A DNA stretch of 64,000 nt from positions 32,001 through 96,000 of the forward strand of contig JANRLW010000069.1 in NCBI GenBank assembly GCA_033762295.1, in the 5' to 3' direction. Below, one piece after another: positions 18,375 to 27,558 of this stretch. The notes below the pieces were generated by a model. The model saw only the letters and a list, made by a program, of their open reading frames with translations. It was not told the DNA's origin and ran no database searches. Numbering within the stretch: position 1 is the stretch's first letter; each line of letters begins with the position of its first letter. The DNA comes from Capsulimonadales bacterium (GTDB taxonomy: Bacteria > Armatimonadota > Armatimonadia > Armatimonadales > Armatimonadaceae). Made by a program: the position numbers and the translations under genes.

Positions 18375-18617
18375 ATGCCCTACATCATTACCGAGCCGTG
18401 CATCGGTGTCAAAGACAAGAGCTGTGTCGCTGTCTGCCCCGTTGACTGCATCCACGGCGGCGACGACGATAACCAGCTGTTCATTGATCCCAGCGAATGC
18501 ATCGACTGCGGTCTCTGTGAGCCGGAATGCCCGGTGGATGCCATCTTCATGGAAGATGAAGTCCCGGACAAGTGGAAAACCTATATCCAGCTCAACGCCG
18601 ATTACTACAAAAAGTAA
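18375..18617 (+). CDS. fdxA: Dicluster (7Fe-type) ferredoxin
   Basis: CIGVKDKSCVAVCPVDC and CIDCGLCEPECP motifs; GGAGG RBS. Confidence 0.92.
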   Translation: MPYIITEPCIGVKDKSCVAVCPVDCIHGGDDDNQLFIDPSECIDCGLCEPECPVDAIFMEDEVPDKWKTYIQLNADYYKK

Positions 18618-18679
18618 AGGGTTCAGGGGCGGCCGGAACGTTCCGACGAACGCCGCCGCCCTTATTTACGGTTGCCGTC

Positions 18680-19150
18680 ATGTCTTCCCGTGAACGGACA
18701 TCCTCCTTGCCGGAGTTCCCCCTGGTGGCCCGCGTTCGAGTCCGCACATATGAACTCGATTCCTTCGGGCATGTGAATAATGCCGTTTATCTCCAGTATC
18801 TGGAGGAGGCGCGTTCGGAATACCTTCGACAGATGGGGCTTTCCTTCCGGGATTTTTCCGTTCATGGTGTGCAGATCGTCATCGCGGAGGCGACAATCCG
18901 CTATCTGTCCCCGTTGCGTTACGGAGATTCGGCCCGGATCGAAGGACGGATAACGGCGTTGCGCCCGGTCTCGGCCAATTTTGAGTATCGCCTGATCCGC
19001 GAGGACGGAGAGGAGCGGATCGCCGAGGCGAGCACGCGCGGCGTATTCGTTCGTGCCGAATCCGGACGCCCGACCCGTGCGCCGCAGCCGTTTCGCGAGG
19101 CGTTTGCCCGGTTTACCGGCGAAAGGAGCCTGACCCTCGATGCTGAATAG
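18680..19150 (+). CDS. Acyl-CoA thioesterase (4HBT/YbgC hotdog family)
   Basis: ELDSFGHVNNAVYLQYLEEAR motif. Confidence 0.9.
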   Translation: MSSRERTSSLPEFPLVARVRVRTYELDSFGHVNNAVYLQYLEEARSEYLRQMGLSFRDFSVHGVQIVIAEATIRYLSPLRYGDSARIEGRITALRPVSANFEYRLIREDGEERIAEASTRGVFVRAESGRPTRAPQPFREAFARFTGERSLTLDAE

Positions 19151-19802
19151 GTTATTTCGCAAGTATCGCGTTTCCGAAGTACACCTCTGCCTTCCCTTTG
19201 TCCAGATCACGATGGAAAAGATGGCCGAGGAGACCACGATCGTCCCGCCTACGGCATCGGTCCCCGCGCCCCCCGACCCGCCGTCGCCGTTGCAGGAGCG
19301 GTGCGCCGCACCGTCCGACGTCGTTCGACTGGCGGTTCGGGAGCGGCCCGCCGCCGGGGAAATCGCGGTCGTTCCGGTATCCGATGAACTGTATACCGAT
19401 CTGGCGTTTCGCGTCGCCTCCCAGGTCGACCATTTCGGGCCGGTTTTCCCTCCGGAATGGCGGCCCCTTTCGTCTGGCCCGGAACTGCGGCCCGGCGATT
19501 ACCTCTGGGTCCGGCTCTATTGTCGGAACCGGAGCGAACGGGTGCTGCACCATGTGCGCATCGCGTTCGAAGGGATGGAAATCGCCCGGAAACAGGCGGG
19601 AATGCTGGTCCGGGGGGTAAACGGATGGCCCCGTATCCCGGTGCGCGACTGTTTCGCCGGTCAGGAGGTGCGCCACCTGAACCCCGGAGACGATTACTCG
19701 CTCCATTGCGTGCTTCGGGTTCCGCCGGATATCTTCGCTCGCCCCGCCTCCGCCTTCTCCGGCGTCAGGCTCGATTTTACCATTCTGAAGCAGATGCACT
19801 AA
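19140..19802 (+). CDS. Hypothetical protein
   Basis: Co-oriented with and abutting its neighbours; start uncertain (19140 or about 19211). Confidence 0.55.
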   Translation: MLNRLFRKYRVSEVHLCLPFVQITMEKMAEETTIVPPTASVPAPPDPPSPLQERCAAPSDVVRLAVRERPAAGEIAVVPVSDELYTDLAFRVASQVDHFGPVFPPEWRPLSSGPELRPGDYLWVRLYCRNRSERVLHHVRIAFEGMEIARKQAGMLVRGVNGWPRIPVRDCFAGQEVRHLNPGDDYSLHCVLRVPPDIFARPASAFSGVRLDFTILKQMH

Positions 19803-19812
19803 GGGGGCGGAC

Positions 19813-20490
19813 GTGCCGCTTTTTCTCACGGTTCACACCCTGACGCCGGGAGAACTCTCCGAGGAGCGGATTCGAGAGATTGCGATCCTCGGGCAAACGG
19901 ACCCGATCGTGCGCGGTTACCGGAGTTTTCATAGTCCGCTGGAAGGACGACTCGTCTGGCTGCTGGAAGCGCCGGACAAAACGGCGGTGCTGACCTGGTG
20001 CGCTGCCGTGGGACTGCCCGTCGATGGGGTCACGCAACTGGAGATCGAAGGGCATCGGGGCAGCCTTCGACGCTACGCGATCACGATCCCGAACCGGATT
20101 GCCGGAACGGTCGTCGATATCGTCACCGACCCGACCATGCGTCTGGTGCGTATCGACGCCTCCGGACTTTCGCTCTACGCGGCGCACAGCCGAACCGGAG
20201 CGGAGGCCCCGGACCTGCGAATCGGGGACGTACTACTCGCCCTTTTCAAGGCGATCCATCTGCATATCGAACGAGGAACCGGAATGCAACTCAGTTTTCC
20301 CAATCAGATCAAGGGCCGGGTCACCAACATCGTCCGGGGACCGGCCATGACGCTGGTTTACCTGGACACGCCGGTCGGCGAACTGGTCTCGGCATTGATC
20401 GCGCCGGCAGTGGAACGCCTGAATGTCGGTGTGGGTGACGAAGTCATCGCCGTTTTCAAGGCGACCGATGTCTCTCTGGCCCGGGAGTAA
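19813..20490 (+). CDS. DUF4242-like N-terminal domain fused to two TOBE (Mop-like) domains
   Basis: N-terminal GRLVWLLEAPDKTAV...GLPVDGV; C-terminal NRIAGTVVDI...FKAIHL and NQIKGRVTNIVRG...GDEVIAVFKATDV. Confidence 0.75.
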   Translation: MPLFLTVHTLTPGELSEERIREIAILGQTDPIVRGYRSFHSPLEGRLVWLLEAPDKTAVLTWCAAVGLPVDGVTQLEIEGHRGSLRRYAITIPNRIAGTVVDIVTDPTMRLVRIDASGLSLYAAHSRTGAEAPDLRIGDVLLALFKAIHLHIERGTGMQLSFPNQIKGRVTNIVRGPAMTLVYLDTPVGELVSALIAPAVERLNVGVGDEVIAVFKATDVSLARE

Positions 20491-20492
20491 CC

Positions 20493-20945
20493 ATGCCGCT
20501 GACCGATATTCGTCACTTCATCCTCTTTGCGGACGGCACAGCAACGGCGGGGCAGCCGACACGAGATCAGTTTTCCGAGATCGCCGCCGCCGGGTACGAT
20601 GTCGTGATCAATCTGGCGATGCCGACCTCCGCCGGAGCCATCCCCGATGAAGCGGAGGTGGTCACCTCGCTGGGAATGGAGTACATCGCCCTGCCGGTCG
20701 TCTGGGAAGCGCCGACCTCGGCCGACCTGGAACGCTTTTTCGAGGCGATGGCGGCGACACAGGGCCGCCGCCGGTTCGTCCACTGCGCGGCCAATATGCG
20801 CGTGTCCGCCTTCCTGTTTCTCTACCGGGTGCGGAAACTGGGGATGGTCGAAGCGGAGGCGGAGAAGGATCTTTACCGGATTTGGAGACCGACCGGCTGG
20901 TGGGAAGCATTTATCGAGGCGCATTCGGAGGAGCCGTCGCCGTAG
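20493..20945 (+). CDS. PTP-fold phosphatase/sulfurtransferase-like protein (DUF442-like)
   Basis: TAGQP, GYDVVINL, YIALPV and active-site loop HCAANMR (CX4R). Confidence 0.8.
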   Translation: MPLTDIRHFILFADGTATAGQPTRDQFSEIAAAGYDVVINLAMPTSAGAIPDEAEVVTSLGMEYIALPVVWEAPTSADLERFFEAMAATQGRRRFVHCAANMRVSAFLFLYRVRKLGMVEAEAEKDLYRIWRPTGWWEAFIEAHSEEPSP

Positions 20946-22179
20946 TCCGGCGGGCGGCGAGCCAGTCGCACAGAATCTCCGCGATCCGGTGTTTGGTGGT
21001 CAGCGCCAGTGCGTGAGGGGGGCGATCGGGTTCCAGAAGAGTGACGAGGTTCGTATCGACGTCGAATCCGGCCCCTTCCTGCGTGATATCGTTGGCGACG
21101 ATCAGGTCGAGATTCTTTTCTCGCAGTTTCGCCTGAGCGTTCGCCTGCAGGTTTTCCGTTTCGGCGGCAAAGCCGACCAGAATCTGCCCGGACCGTTTGC
21201 GTTGCCCCATCGACCGGAGTATGTCGATGGTCGGAACCAGGGTGAGGACGAGCGAGTTGCCCTGTTTCTTGATTTTTTGCGGGGCGGCGGTTTCCGGGGT
21301 GAAATCCGCCACCGCCGCCGCCGCGATCGCGATGTCGCAATCCGGGAACCGCGCAAGGCATTCCGACGCCATCTCCGCGGCGGTCAGGACCCCGACCGTC
21401 GTGACGCCGGCCGGAACCGGCAGTCCGGTCGGTCCGCTCACCAGAGTCACGTCCGCCCCCCGCGCCGCCGCCGCCGCCGCGATCGCGTAGCCCATTTTTC
21501 CGGACGAGCGGTTCGAGAGAAAGCGGACCGGATCGATCGGTTCGCGGGTCGGACCGGCCGTCACCAGGACGCGTACGCCCGAAAGGTCACCTTTCCCGGT
21601 CAGGCGGTCGGCGATGTCCCGGAGGAGGTCCGCCGGCTCTTTCATCCGTCCGGTTCCCGTCGTTCCCTCCGCCAACCGTCCGATCGCCGGTTCGGCGAAA
21701 AGGTAGCCGCGACCCTCCAGCGTTCGGCGGTTCGCGCGCGTGGCGGCGTTTTCCCACATGTGAGAGTTCATCGCCGGAGCCAGCAGAACGGGTTTGCCCG
21801 GATTGGCGAGGAGCGCCGCGGTCAGCATGTCGTCGGCGAATCCGGCGGTCAGTCGGGCCAGAAAGTCGGCGGACGCCGGGGCGACCACGAACAGGTCCGC
21901 GATTTCGGCATAGCGCAGATGGGCGATCGGAGAGTTTTCCGTGGTCGCGGAAAACGGCTCCTCGAAGGTGTCCGTGGTGACCGGTTGGCCCGACAGGCCG
22001 AAGAACGTGGCCGGGGCGATGAAACGCGTCGCGCCCCGACTGAGGATCGGATGGACGGTGGCGCCCGACTGCACCAGTTTCGAACAGAGGTCCGCCGCCT
22101 TGTAAGCGGCGATCGAACCGGTGACGCCGAGAACGATTGTGACACCGGAGAGGTTCGGGAGCCGACCCGGATCAGGCAT
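20911..22179 (-). CDS. coaBC: Bifunctional phosphopantothenoylcysteine decarboxylase/synthase
   Basis: GVTGSIAAYK, APAMNSHMW, TAGPTREPIDPVRFLSNRSSGKMG, VGFAAET. Confidence 0.96.
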   Translation of the reverse strand: MPDPGRLPNLSGVTIVLGVTGSIAAYKAADLCSKLVQSGATVHPILSRGATRFIAPATFFGLSGQPVTTDTFEEPFSATTENSPIAHLRYAEIADLFVVAPASADFLARLTAGFADDMLTAALLANPGKPVLLAPAMNSHMWENAATRANRRTLEGRGYLFAEPAIGRLAEGTTGTGRMKEPADLLRDIADRLTGKGDLSGVRVLVTAGPTREPIDPVRFLSNRSSGKMGYAIAAAAAARGADVTLVSGPTGLPVPAGVTTVGVLTAAEMASECLARFPDCDIAIAAAAVADFTPETAAPQKIKKQGNSLVLTLVPTIDILRSMGQRKRSGQILVGFAAETENLQANAQAKLREKNLDLIVANDITQEGAGFDVDTNLVTLLEPDRPPHALALTTKHRIAEILCDWLAARRTTATAPPNAPR

Positions 22180-22780
22180 GCCGATGCACCGTCGGATGAA
22201 GCCGACAGCGTTCGGCGATGATGATCGCTCGCAGATGGTCGGCGGCCTCCTCCACCTCGTAGTTGATCACGACATAGTCGTACTTTTCCACCTGTTCCAT
22301 TTCGGATCGGGCGTCCAGAAGACGGCGGGTGATCTGATCCTCCGTCTCCGTGTCACGAACCCTCAAACGGCGCTCCAACTCCTCGAGCGAGGGGGGAGCG
22401 AGAAAAATCAGAATGGCGTCCTCGGCACGGGAACGCACGGTCAGGCCCCCCTGAACGTCGATCTTCAACAGGACATCATGCCCCTGATCCCTCTGTTCCT
22501 CGACGAACTGTCGTGGCGTTCCGTAGTAGTTCCCGTTGACCAGGGCATATTCAAGAAACGCGTTCTGTTCGGCGATCCGGTTGAACTCGGACAGGGTGAC
22601 GAACCGGTAAGGGTTGCCCTGCGACTCTCCGGGGCGCATGGTCCGTGTCGAAACGGTCACCGCCTGGTGTATCCCGGAGATATGCTGATGGAAAACGCCA
22701 AGAACCGTATCCTTTCCGACACCCGAGGGGCCGGAAACGATGAAGAGACGGCCGCGCTTACGGTGCGGAAAACGATTCAT
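22172..22780 (-). CDS. gmk: Guanylate kinase
   Basis: SGPSGVGKDT, TRTMRPGE, YYGT, IDVQG, PPSLEELERRL. Confidence 0.96.
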   Translation of the reverse strand: MNRFPHRKRGRLFIVSGPSGVGKDTVLGVFHQHISGIHQAVTVSTRTMRPGESQGNPYRFVTLSEFNRIAEQNAFLEYALVNGNYYGTPRQFVEEQRDQGHDVLLKIDVQGGLTVRSRAEDAILIFLAPPSLEELERRLRVRDTETEDQITRRLLDARSEMEQVEKYDYVVINYEVEEAADHLRAIIIAERCRLHPTVHRHA

Positions 22781-22812
22781 CGGTTGATTATATTCGTTAC
22801 CTGCCCGGTTCG

Positions 22813-23649
22813 CTACGGTATCGCCCCGTTTCCCATGGAGGCCGGCGGCAACGGTCCGTCCCCGTAACGGCGTAATAACTCCTCGGCGACGGGGATATCC
22901 TCCGGACGGTCGACATCCGCGCCGATCTCCGGGTACGGCACAACCACGGCGCATGCCGTCGCTCCGCCCAGAAGGCGACCGACCGCGTGTTCGAGGTAGG
23001 ACAGGGAAAGGACGCGCGGCATCACCCGCGAGAGAACCAGACGACTAACCGCCCCGAAGCCCAGCATCCGGGCCAGACCGGGGATGTTTTTCCGCTGGGC
23101 GTAGGCTTCCCGAAGCGCACTTTCGTTCCTTTTCAGGAATTCGGGATTGATTAACACCAGATTTCCGCCGGTAAACTCGCCTTCGGCAATCTGCAGAGTG
23201 GTACGGCGCATCCCCGGAAACGCCGCCTCGCAGGAATAGGCATCCACGATCGGGTAGAGAAAGTCGACATCCCGGAAATGCTCCGCGCGGTCGATCAGAT
23301 CGGCGACCGCCTCCGGAGTGAGTAGCGGAACGTCCGCGGTGGAGACCAGCAACCGGGTCTCCTCCGGGAACAAGGCGGAAACGCCCGTTAGCAGCGTATC
23401 CACCATCGAATCACCGTCCGGAACGGGCACGGCGTTCTTCGGCAAGGGCAGGTCGCGCCCCGCGACCAGCAACCGCCCGAAATTCCCTGACAGACGTCGT
23501 CCTTCGACCAGCGCCGGGAGGACGTAGTCGAGCATGGGGCGTCCGTTCAGAGGCAAAAGCGCGCGACAGGAAATTTCCGGCGCGACGGCCCGCATCTCGG
23601 CGGGCATACCGCCGCCGGCCAGCACCAGGATCGGCAGGGGGTCACTCAT
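22813..23649 (-). CDS. MobA-like NTP transferase family protein
   Basis: LVLAGG, ALLPLNGRPMLDYV, TADVPLL, FTGGN and DVDRPED motifs. Confidence 0.8.
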   Translation of the reverse strand: MSDPLPILVLAGGGMPAEMRAVAPEISCRALLPLNGRPMLDYVLPALVEGRRLSGNFGRLLVAGRDLPLPKNAVPVPDGDSMVDTLLTGVSALFPEETRLLVSTADVPLLTPEAVADLIDRAEHFRDVDFLYPIVDAYSCEAAFPGMRRTTLQIAEGEFTGGNLVLINPEFLKRNESALREAYAQRKNIPGLARMLGFGAVSRLVLSRVMPRVLSLSYLEHAVGRLLGGATACAVVVPYPEIGADVDRPEDIPVAEELLRRYGDGPLPPASMGNGAIP

Positions 23650-24589
23650 GCCATTTCCGCACGGACAGGACCACCGGAAACCGTCCGAGAAGTTGCTGAC
23701 GGAGGTCGTCCGCATGGTCGGAGTCCTCCGCAAGTCCGAAAACCGCCGACCCCGACCCGCAGAGCAGGGTTCGAAGCGCACCGGCATCCGTCACCGCGCG
23801 GTGGGCGGCGTCGACCTCCGGATAGGCAGGAAGGATCGCCGCCTCGAAATCATTAGACATCAGGTCACCTATCTCTCGGACGGACGCATGTCGTTGCAGG
23901 GCGTCCCGCAGGCGGGCCGTCGCGCGGCCGGGTTGGCGATCGGGAAGCGAGTCCAGCAGGCGGTAGGCGGGACCGGTCGGAACGCCGATTCCCGGTTGAA
24001 CCACGACACCCCGGAGCGACGTGTCGTCGGAAATCGGTGTCAACCGTTCTCCTTTTCCTTCCATTCGGACCGTTCCGGTTGTAAGGAATAACGGAACATC
24101 ACTGCCCAGGGTTGCCCCAATTGTCAGCAGGGTCTCGGGAGGGATGGGGAAGCGGTCGTTCAGGAGACGCAGGACAGCGGCCGCATCGCTGCTGCCGCCG
24201 CCCATACCGGCCTGCATCGGAATGGTCTTCTCCAGGCGGATATCGACCGAGACAGGGTGGGGAACCACGCGCAGGAACGCGTCGGCGGCCCGATAGGCCA
24301 GGTTCTCAGGCCCGGAGGGAAGGTCGGACCCCGGACACTCCAGAGTGATGCGCGGTCCGGCGACCGACTCCCGGATGGAGACGGCCAGCCGATCGACCGG
24401 CAGGATTTTCACCACCACCGAATCCAGATCGTGGAAACCGTCCGGGCGGGGCGGGAAAACGTCCAGTGTCAGGTTAATTTTGGCGGGAGCTTCGGCGAAA
24501 AATGTACCGGTCAAGGGGTCTCCTCCGAACGGCGGCGCGAAAACGTCACCGTCATGGTTCCCTGACGCAGGTTTCGTGCCCGTTTCCAT
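23642..24589 (-). CDS. ispE: 4-diphosphocytidyl-2C-methyl-D-erythritol kinase
   Basis: APAKINLTL, IPMQAGMGGGSSDAAA, GSDVP, NDFE, GSGS. Confidence 0.95.
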   Translation of the reverse strand: METGTKPASGNHDGDVFAPPFGGDPLTGTFFAEAPAKINLTLDVFPPRPDGFHDLDSVVVKILPVDRLAVSIRESVAGPRITLECPGSDLPSGPENLAYRAADAFLRVVPHPVSVDIRLEKTIPMQAGMGGGSSDAAAVLRLLNDRFPIPPETLLTIGATLGSDVPLFLTTGTVRMEGKGERLTPISDDTSLRGVVVQPGIGVPTGPAYRLLDSLPDRQPGRATARLRDALQRHASVREIGDLMSNDFEAAILPAYPEVDAAHRAVTDAGALRTLLCGSGSAVFGLAEDSDHADDLRQQLLGRFPVVLSVRKWHE

Positions 24590-25677
24590 CCGGCAAGGCG
24601 CACCGTCAAGGGCCGGGGTCGCTCGGACACGGCGAGGGGAGGACGGTCCGCCACTCCGAGCAGGCCCGCCGGACTGCCGGTGATGTCGAAGGTTCCCGTA
24701 TCGAGCGGCACCCAGGCCGGGGTACGAACGGAAAACGTCGCCGAACTTCGAAGGACATTGCGAACGGCGTCGACCAGAGCGCGAGCGTTTTCGGAGTCCA
24801 CCGACCAGAGCGCTTTCGCCAGGATGGAGGAACCGAACGTTTCATCGAGCGCCAGAGCGGCTCCGATGTAATAGTCCATTCCGGCAACGTCGGTCTGTTT
24901 GAGTCGGGGAGACCCCGGTCCTTCCGCGAGGAACTGCTCGATCAGCGGGGCGACCTGCCGTCGATGGTAGAGATCCTGGTCGGTGTGCGTGGTAAAGTCG
25001 TCGGCTGCGCCGTCCCGATCCTCGCGCAGCCACTTGAAAAAGAGACGTTCGCCGAGATAGCCTGCGGCGTCCGGCTCCGGCGAAACGAATCCGCGCGCGG
25101 CGACGAGAGTGAGGTGGCCCCATTCGTGACAGAGGGTTCGCACCCATTCGATCGGTTTCCGCTCGGGGACCGCGAACAGATAGATCTGGTTGGTTCGTGT
25201 CTCTCCGCCCATCGCGTTGCCGCGTCCGGGGGGAGCGTTGACCCAGATGTCCGCCGAGTCGGCGGAGCGAGGGAAGGAGACCGGCCGACGGAACCGGAGA
25301 CGGTGCAGATAGATCAGTCGGGCGACCAGACGGGTGATGCGAAAGGCGGTTTCGGTATCGGTCGAACGGTAGTGTACCGTGACCAGGCGATCGAGCACAT
25401 CGCTGCGGCGCGGGCGCGGAACATAGAGGAACGCCGTTCGGTCATAAAGCGCCGGGTAGCGGGTTTCGTAATGCGGGACCGTGGGCACCGTGGCCGGATA
25501 GAAAACCGCCAGAAGGTCTCCGCGAAGGTTTTCGAGGGTCGCTCCGGCGGTCGATCGGGCGATTTCCTCATGAGAAACCCCGGTGGGGGGCAGACCCGGC
25601 GTCTCCGTCCGACCTGCGCTTCCGAAAAAAAGGGCCAGGAGGGCCGGAATCGTCGCCAGACAGCGCAGAGGACGCAT
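24511..25677 (-). CDS. Secreted hypothetical protein with a zincin-like HEWGH motif
   Basis: Signal-like N-terminus MRPLRCLATIPALLALFFGSA; RTLCHEWGH; TATAAT 9 nt upstream of the ATG. Confidence 0.65.
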   Translation of the reverse strand: MRPLRCLATIPALLALFFGSAGRTETPGLPPTGVSHEEIARSTAGATLENLRGDLLAVFYPATVPTVPHYETRYPALYDRTAFLYVPRPRRSDVLDRLVTVHYRSTDTETAFRITRLVARLIYLHRLRFRRPVSFPRSADSADIWVNAPPGRGNAMGGETRTNQIYLFAVPERKPIEWVRTLCHEWGHLTLVAARGFVSPEPDAAGYLGERLFFKWLREDRDGAADDFTTHTDQDLYHRRQVAPLIEQFLAEGPGSPRLKQTDVAGMDYYIGAALALDETFGSSILAKALWSVDSENARALVDAVRNVLRSSATFSVRTPAWVPLDTGTFDITGSPAGLLGVADRPPLAVSERPRPLTVRLAGWKRARNLRQGTMTVTFSRRRSEETP

Positions 25678-25864
25678 GATGGGCGCATTATACTTTTTTT
25701 TGTTACCCTTCCGCAACTTTCCACGATCGGTTGTGTCTTTCCCATAGGCGAAATGATGTCGATTTTTCCGCATCTCGACCGCATTGCCATACCGTGCGTT
25801 CCGCCGACTGGGAGCTTCCGGTCCATTTCCAACCGACCGGAACGGCACGGATAAGGAGTTTCGT

Positions 25865-27532
25865 TTGAACAGCAAAGTCCGCCTCGCCCTGATCGCTGTG
25901 GTCATCGTCGGAATCGTCGCATTTGCCTGGTCGCGGTTGACCACCAAAACGACCGACAAACCCAAGATCGGAAGAATCGTCGAGGCAAAGACGGGTACCA
26001 TTTCCCTGACGGTCGCCGAGAACGGTACGCTGGAACCGGTGAATCAGGTGGAGGTTAAGTCCCGTGTCGCCGGACGCATTCTGAAAATCTATGTCAGGGA
26101 AGGCGACCGTGTCAAAGCCGGGGATATGATCGCTCTGGTCGATCCGACCGAAGTAGCCCGCGATGTCAACCGGATCAAAGCGCAGCTATCCGCTTCACAG
26201 GCGCGTCTGGCCCAGTCCGAGGAGAATTATTATTACGCCCAACGTCAGAGCCTGGTCGCGGTCGAGCGAGCGAAGGCGAACCTGAAGGAGGCGCAACGGC
26301 GTCTGGCGCAGACGGCGGCGCCCACCCGGATACAGGAACTGCGGCAGCAGGAGGAGTCCGTCAACCGGGCCGAACTCGCTCTCAAACGCGCCGACGCCAA
26401 CCTGGCCCGCGCCGATGCGGCGATTCAGCGCAGCGACGCCCAGATCGTCGATGCTCGCCGCAACCTCGAACGGCAGAAAATCCTGGTGGCCAAAGGTTTT
26501 GTCGCTCAATCCGCCCTTGATACCGCCGATACCAATGTCCGACTGGCGGTGGCCGATAAAGCCGCGCAGGAAGCGGATCGCAAAGCCCAGGAAGCGGATC
26601 GCCGCTCCCTGGAGGCCGATCTGGCGACGGCCCGGCAGCGATTGTCTCTGTTGCGGGAGGGACCGCGTGTGGAGGATATTCGCGCGGCTCAGGCGGCCGT
26701 CGAAACCGCCCGGGTGGGGCTCCGTGCCGAGATGGTGAACGCCCGCCAGGTCGAGGTTCGAAAGCGCGATATCGAGCAGGCGCAGGCCGAGGTCGCACAG
26801 ATCGAAAATACCCTCGCCCAGCAAAACGTCCAGTTGACCGAAACCCGAATTGTCGCGCCGGTCTCCGGCGAAATCACCGGAAAGTACCTGAACGAAGGCG
26901 AACTGGTGGCGTCGGCGACGTCCGGTTTCGCCCAGGGCGCGGTCCTGGTCCGCGTCGCGGACCTGAACAAGATGCAGGTCCGTGTCAATGTGAACGAGGT
27001 CGATGTTGCCAGACTGAAGGTCAATCTGCCCGTCGAAATCAAAGTGGACAGCATTCCGGGAGTGACGTTCAAGGGGCACGTAACCGATATCGCGCCGTCG
27101 TCGATCGGCTCCGCCGCCTCCGGAACGTCCGGGAGTTCGTCCGGACAGCAGGCGGTCGTCCGTTTCGAGGTGAAGGTTCGAGTCGACACGCCGGATCAGC
27201 GGCTGCGCCCGGGGATGACCGCGGCGGTCAATATCATTCTCGATCGGCACGAAAATGTCACCATCCTCTCCAATGAAGCCCTCCGGGAAGGCGATAAGGT
27301 GATGGTCGTGACCGGAACCGGCAAGGATATGAAGACCACCGAACGGGTCCTGAAGATCGGCATTCGCAACTACGGCGAGGCGGAAGTGCTGGAGGGACTG
27401 AAACCGGGCGAGAAGGTGGAGGTGCCGAAGATCGTCGCCAAAGATCGCCGCAAGATCAATGTCGAGGGTCCGGACGGTGAGGAGAACAGCGGGGACGGTT
27501 CGTCCGGCGAGGGAGGCGGAGAAGGAAAATAG
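25865..27532 (+). CDS. Efflux periplasmic adaptor subunit (MacA/HlyD family)
   Basis: N-terminal TM, VEVKSRVAGRI...EGDRVKAGD lipoyl half, long coiled coil, IVAPVSG, LRPGMTA; AAGGAG + TTG start. Confidence 0.9.
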   Translation: MNSKVRLALIAVVIVGIVAFAWSRLTTKTTDKPKIGRIVEAKTGTISLTVAENGTLEPVNQVEVKSRVAGRILKIYVREGDRVKAGDMIALVDPTEVARDVNRIKAQLSASQARLAQSEENYYYAQRQSLVAVERAKANLKEAQRRLAQTAAPTRIQELRQQEESVNRAELALKRADANLARADAAIQRSDAQIVDARRNLERQKILVAKGFVAQSALDTADTNVRLAVADKAAQEADRKAQEADRRSLEADLATARQRLSLLREGPRVEDIRAAQAAVETARVGLRAEMVNARQVEVRKRDIEQAQAEVAQIENTLAQQNVQLTETRIVAPVSGEITGKYLNEGELVASATSGFAQGAVLVRVADLNKMQVRVNVNEVDVARLKVNLPVEIKVDSIPGVTFKGHVTDIAPSSIGSAASGTSGSSSGQQAVVRFEVKVRVDTPDQRLRPGMTAAVNIILDRHENVTILSNEALREGDKVMVVTGTGKDMKTTERVLKIGIRNYGEAEVLEGLKPGEKVEVPKIVAKDRRKINVEGPDGEENSGDGSSGEGGGEGK

Positions 27533-27558
27533 GCGAGGATGCCGCAAAGAGGAACCCC

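Noticed and set aside
22172..22185. rpoZ missing between gmk and coaBC
   Set aside because: The two genes overlap directly; ordinary gene-order variation.
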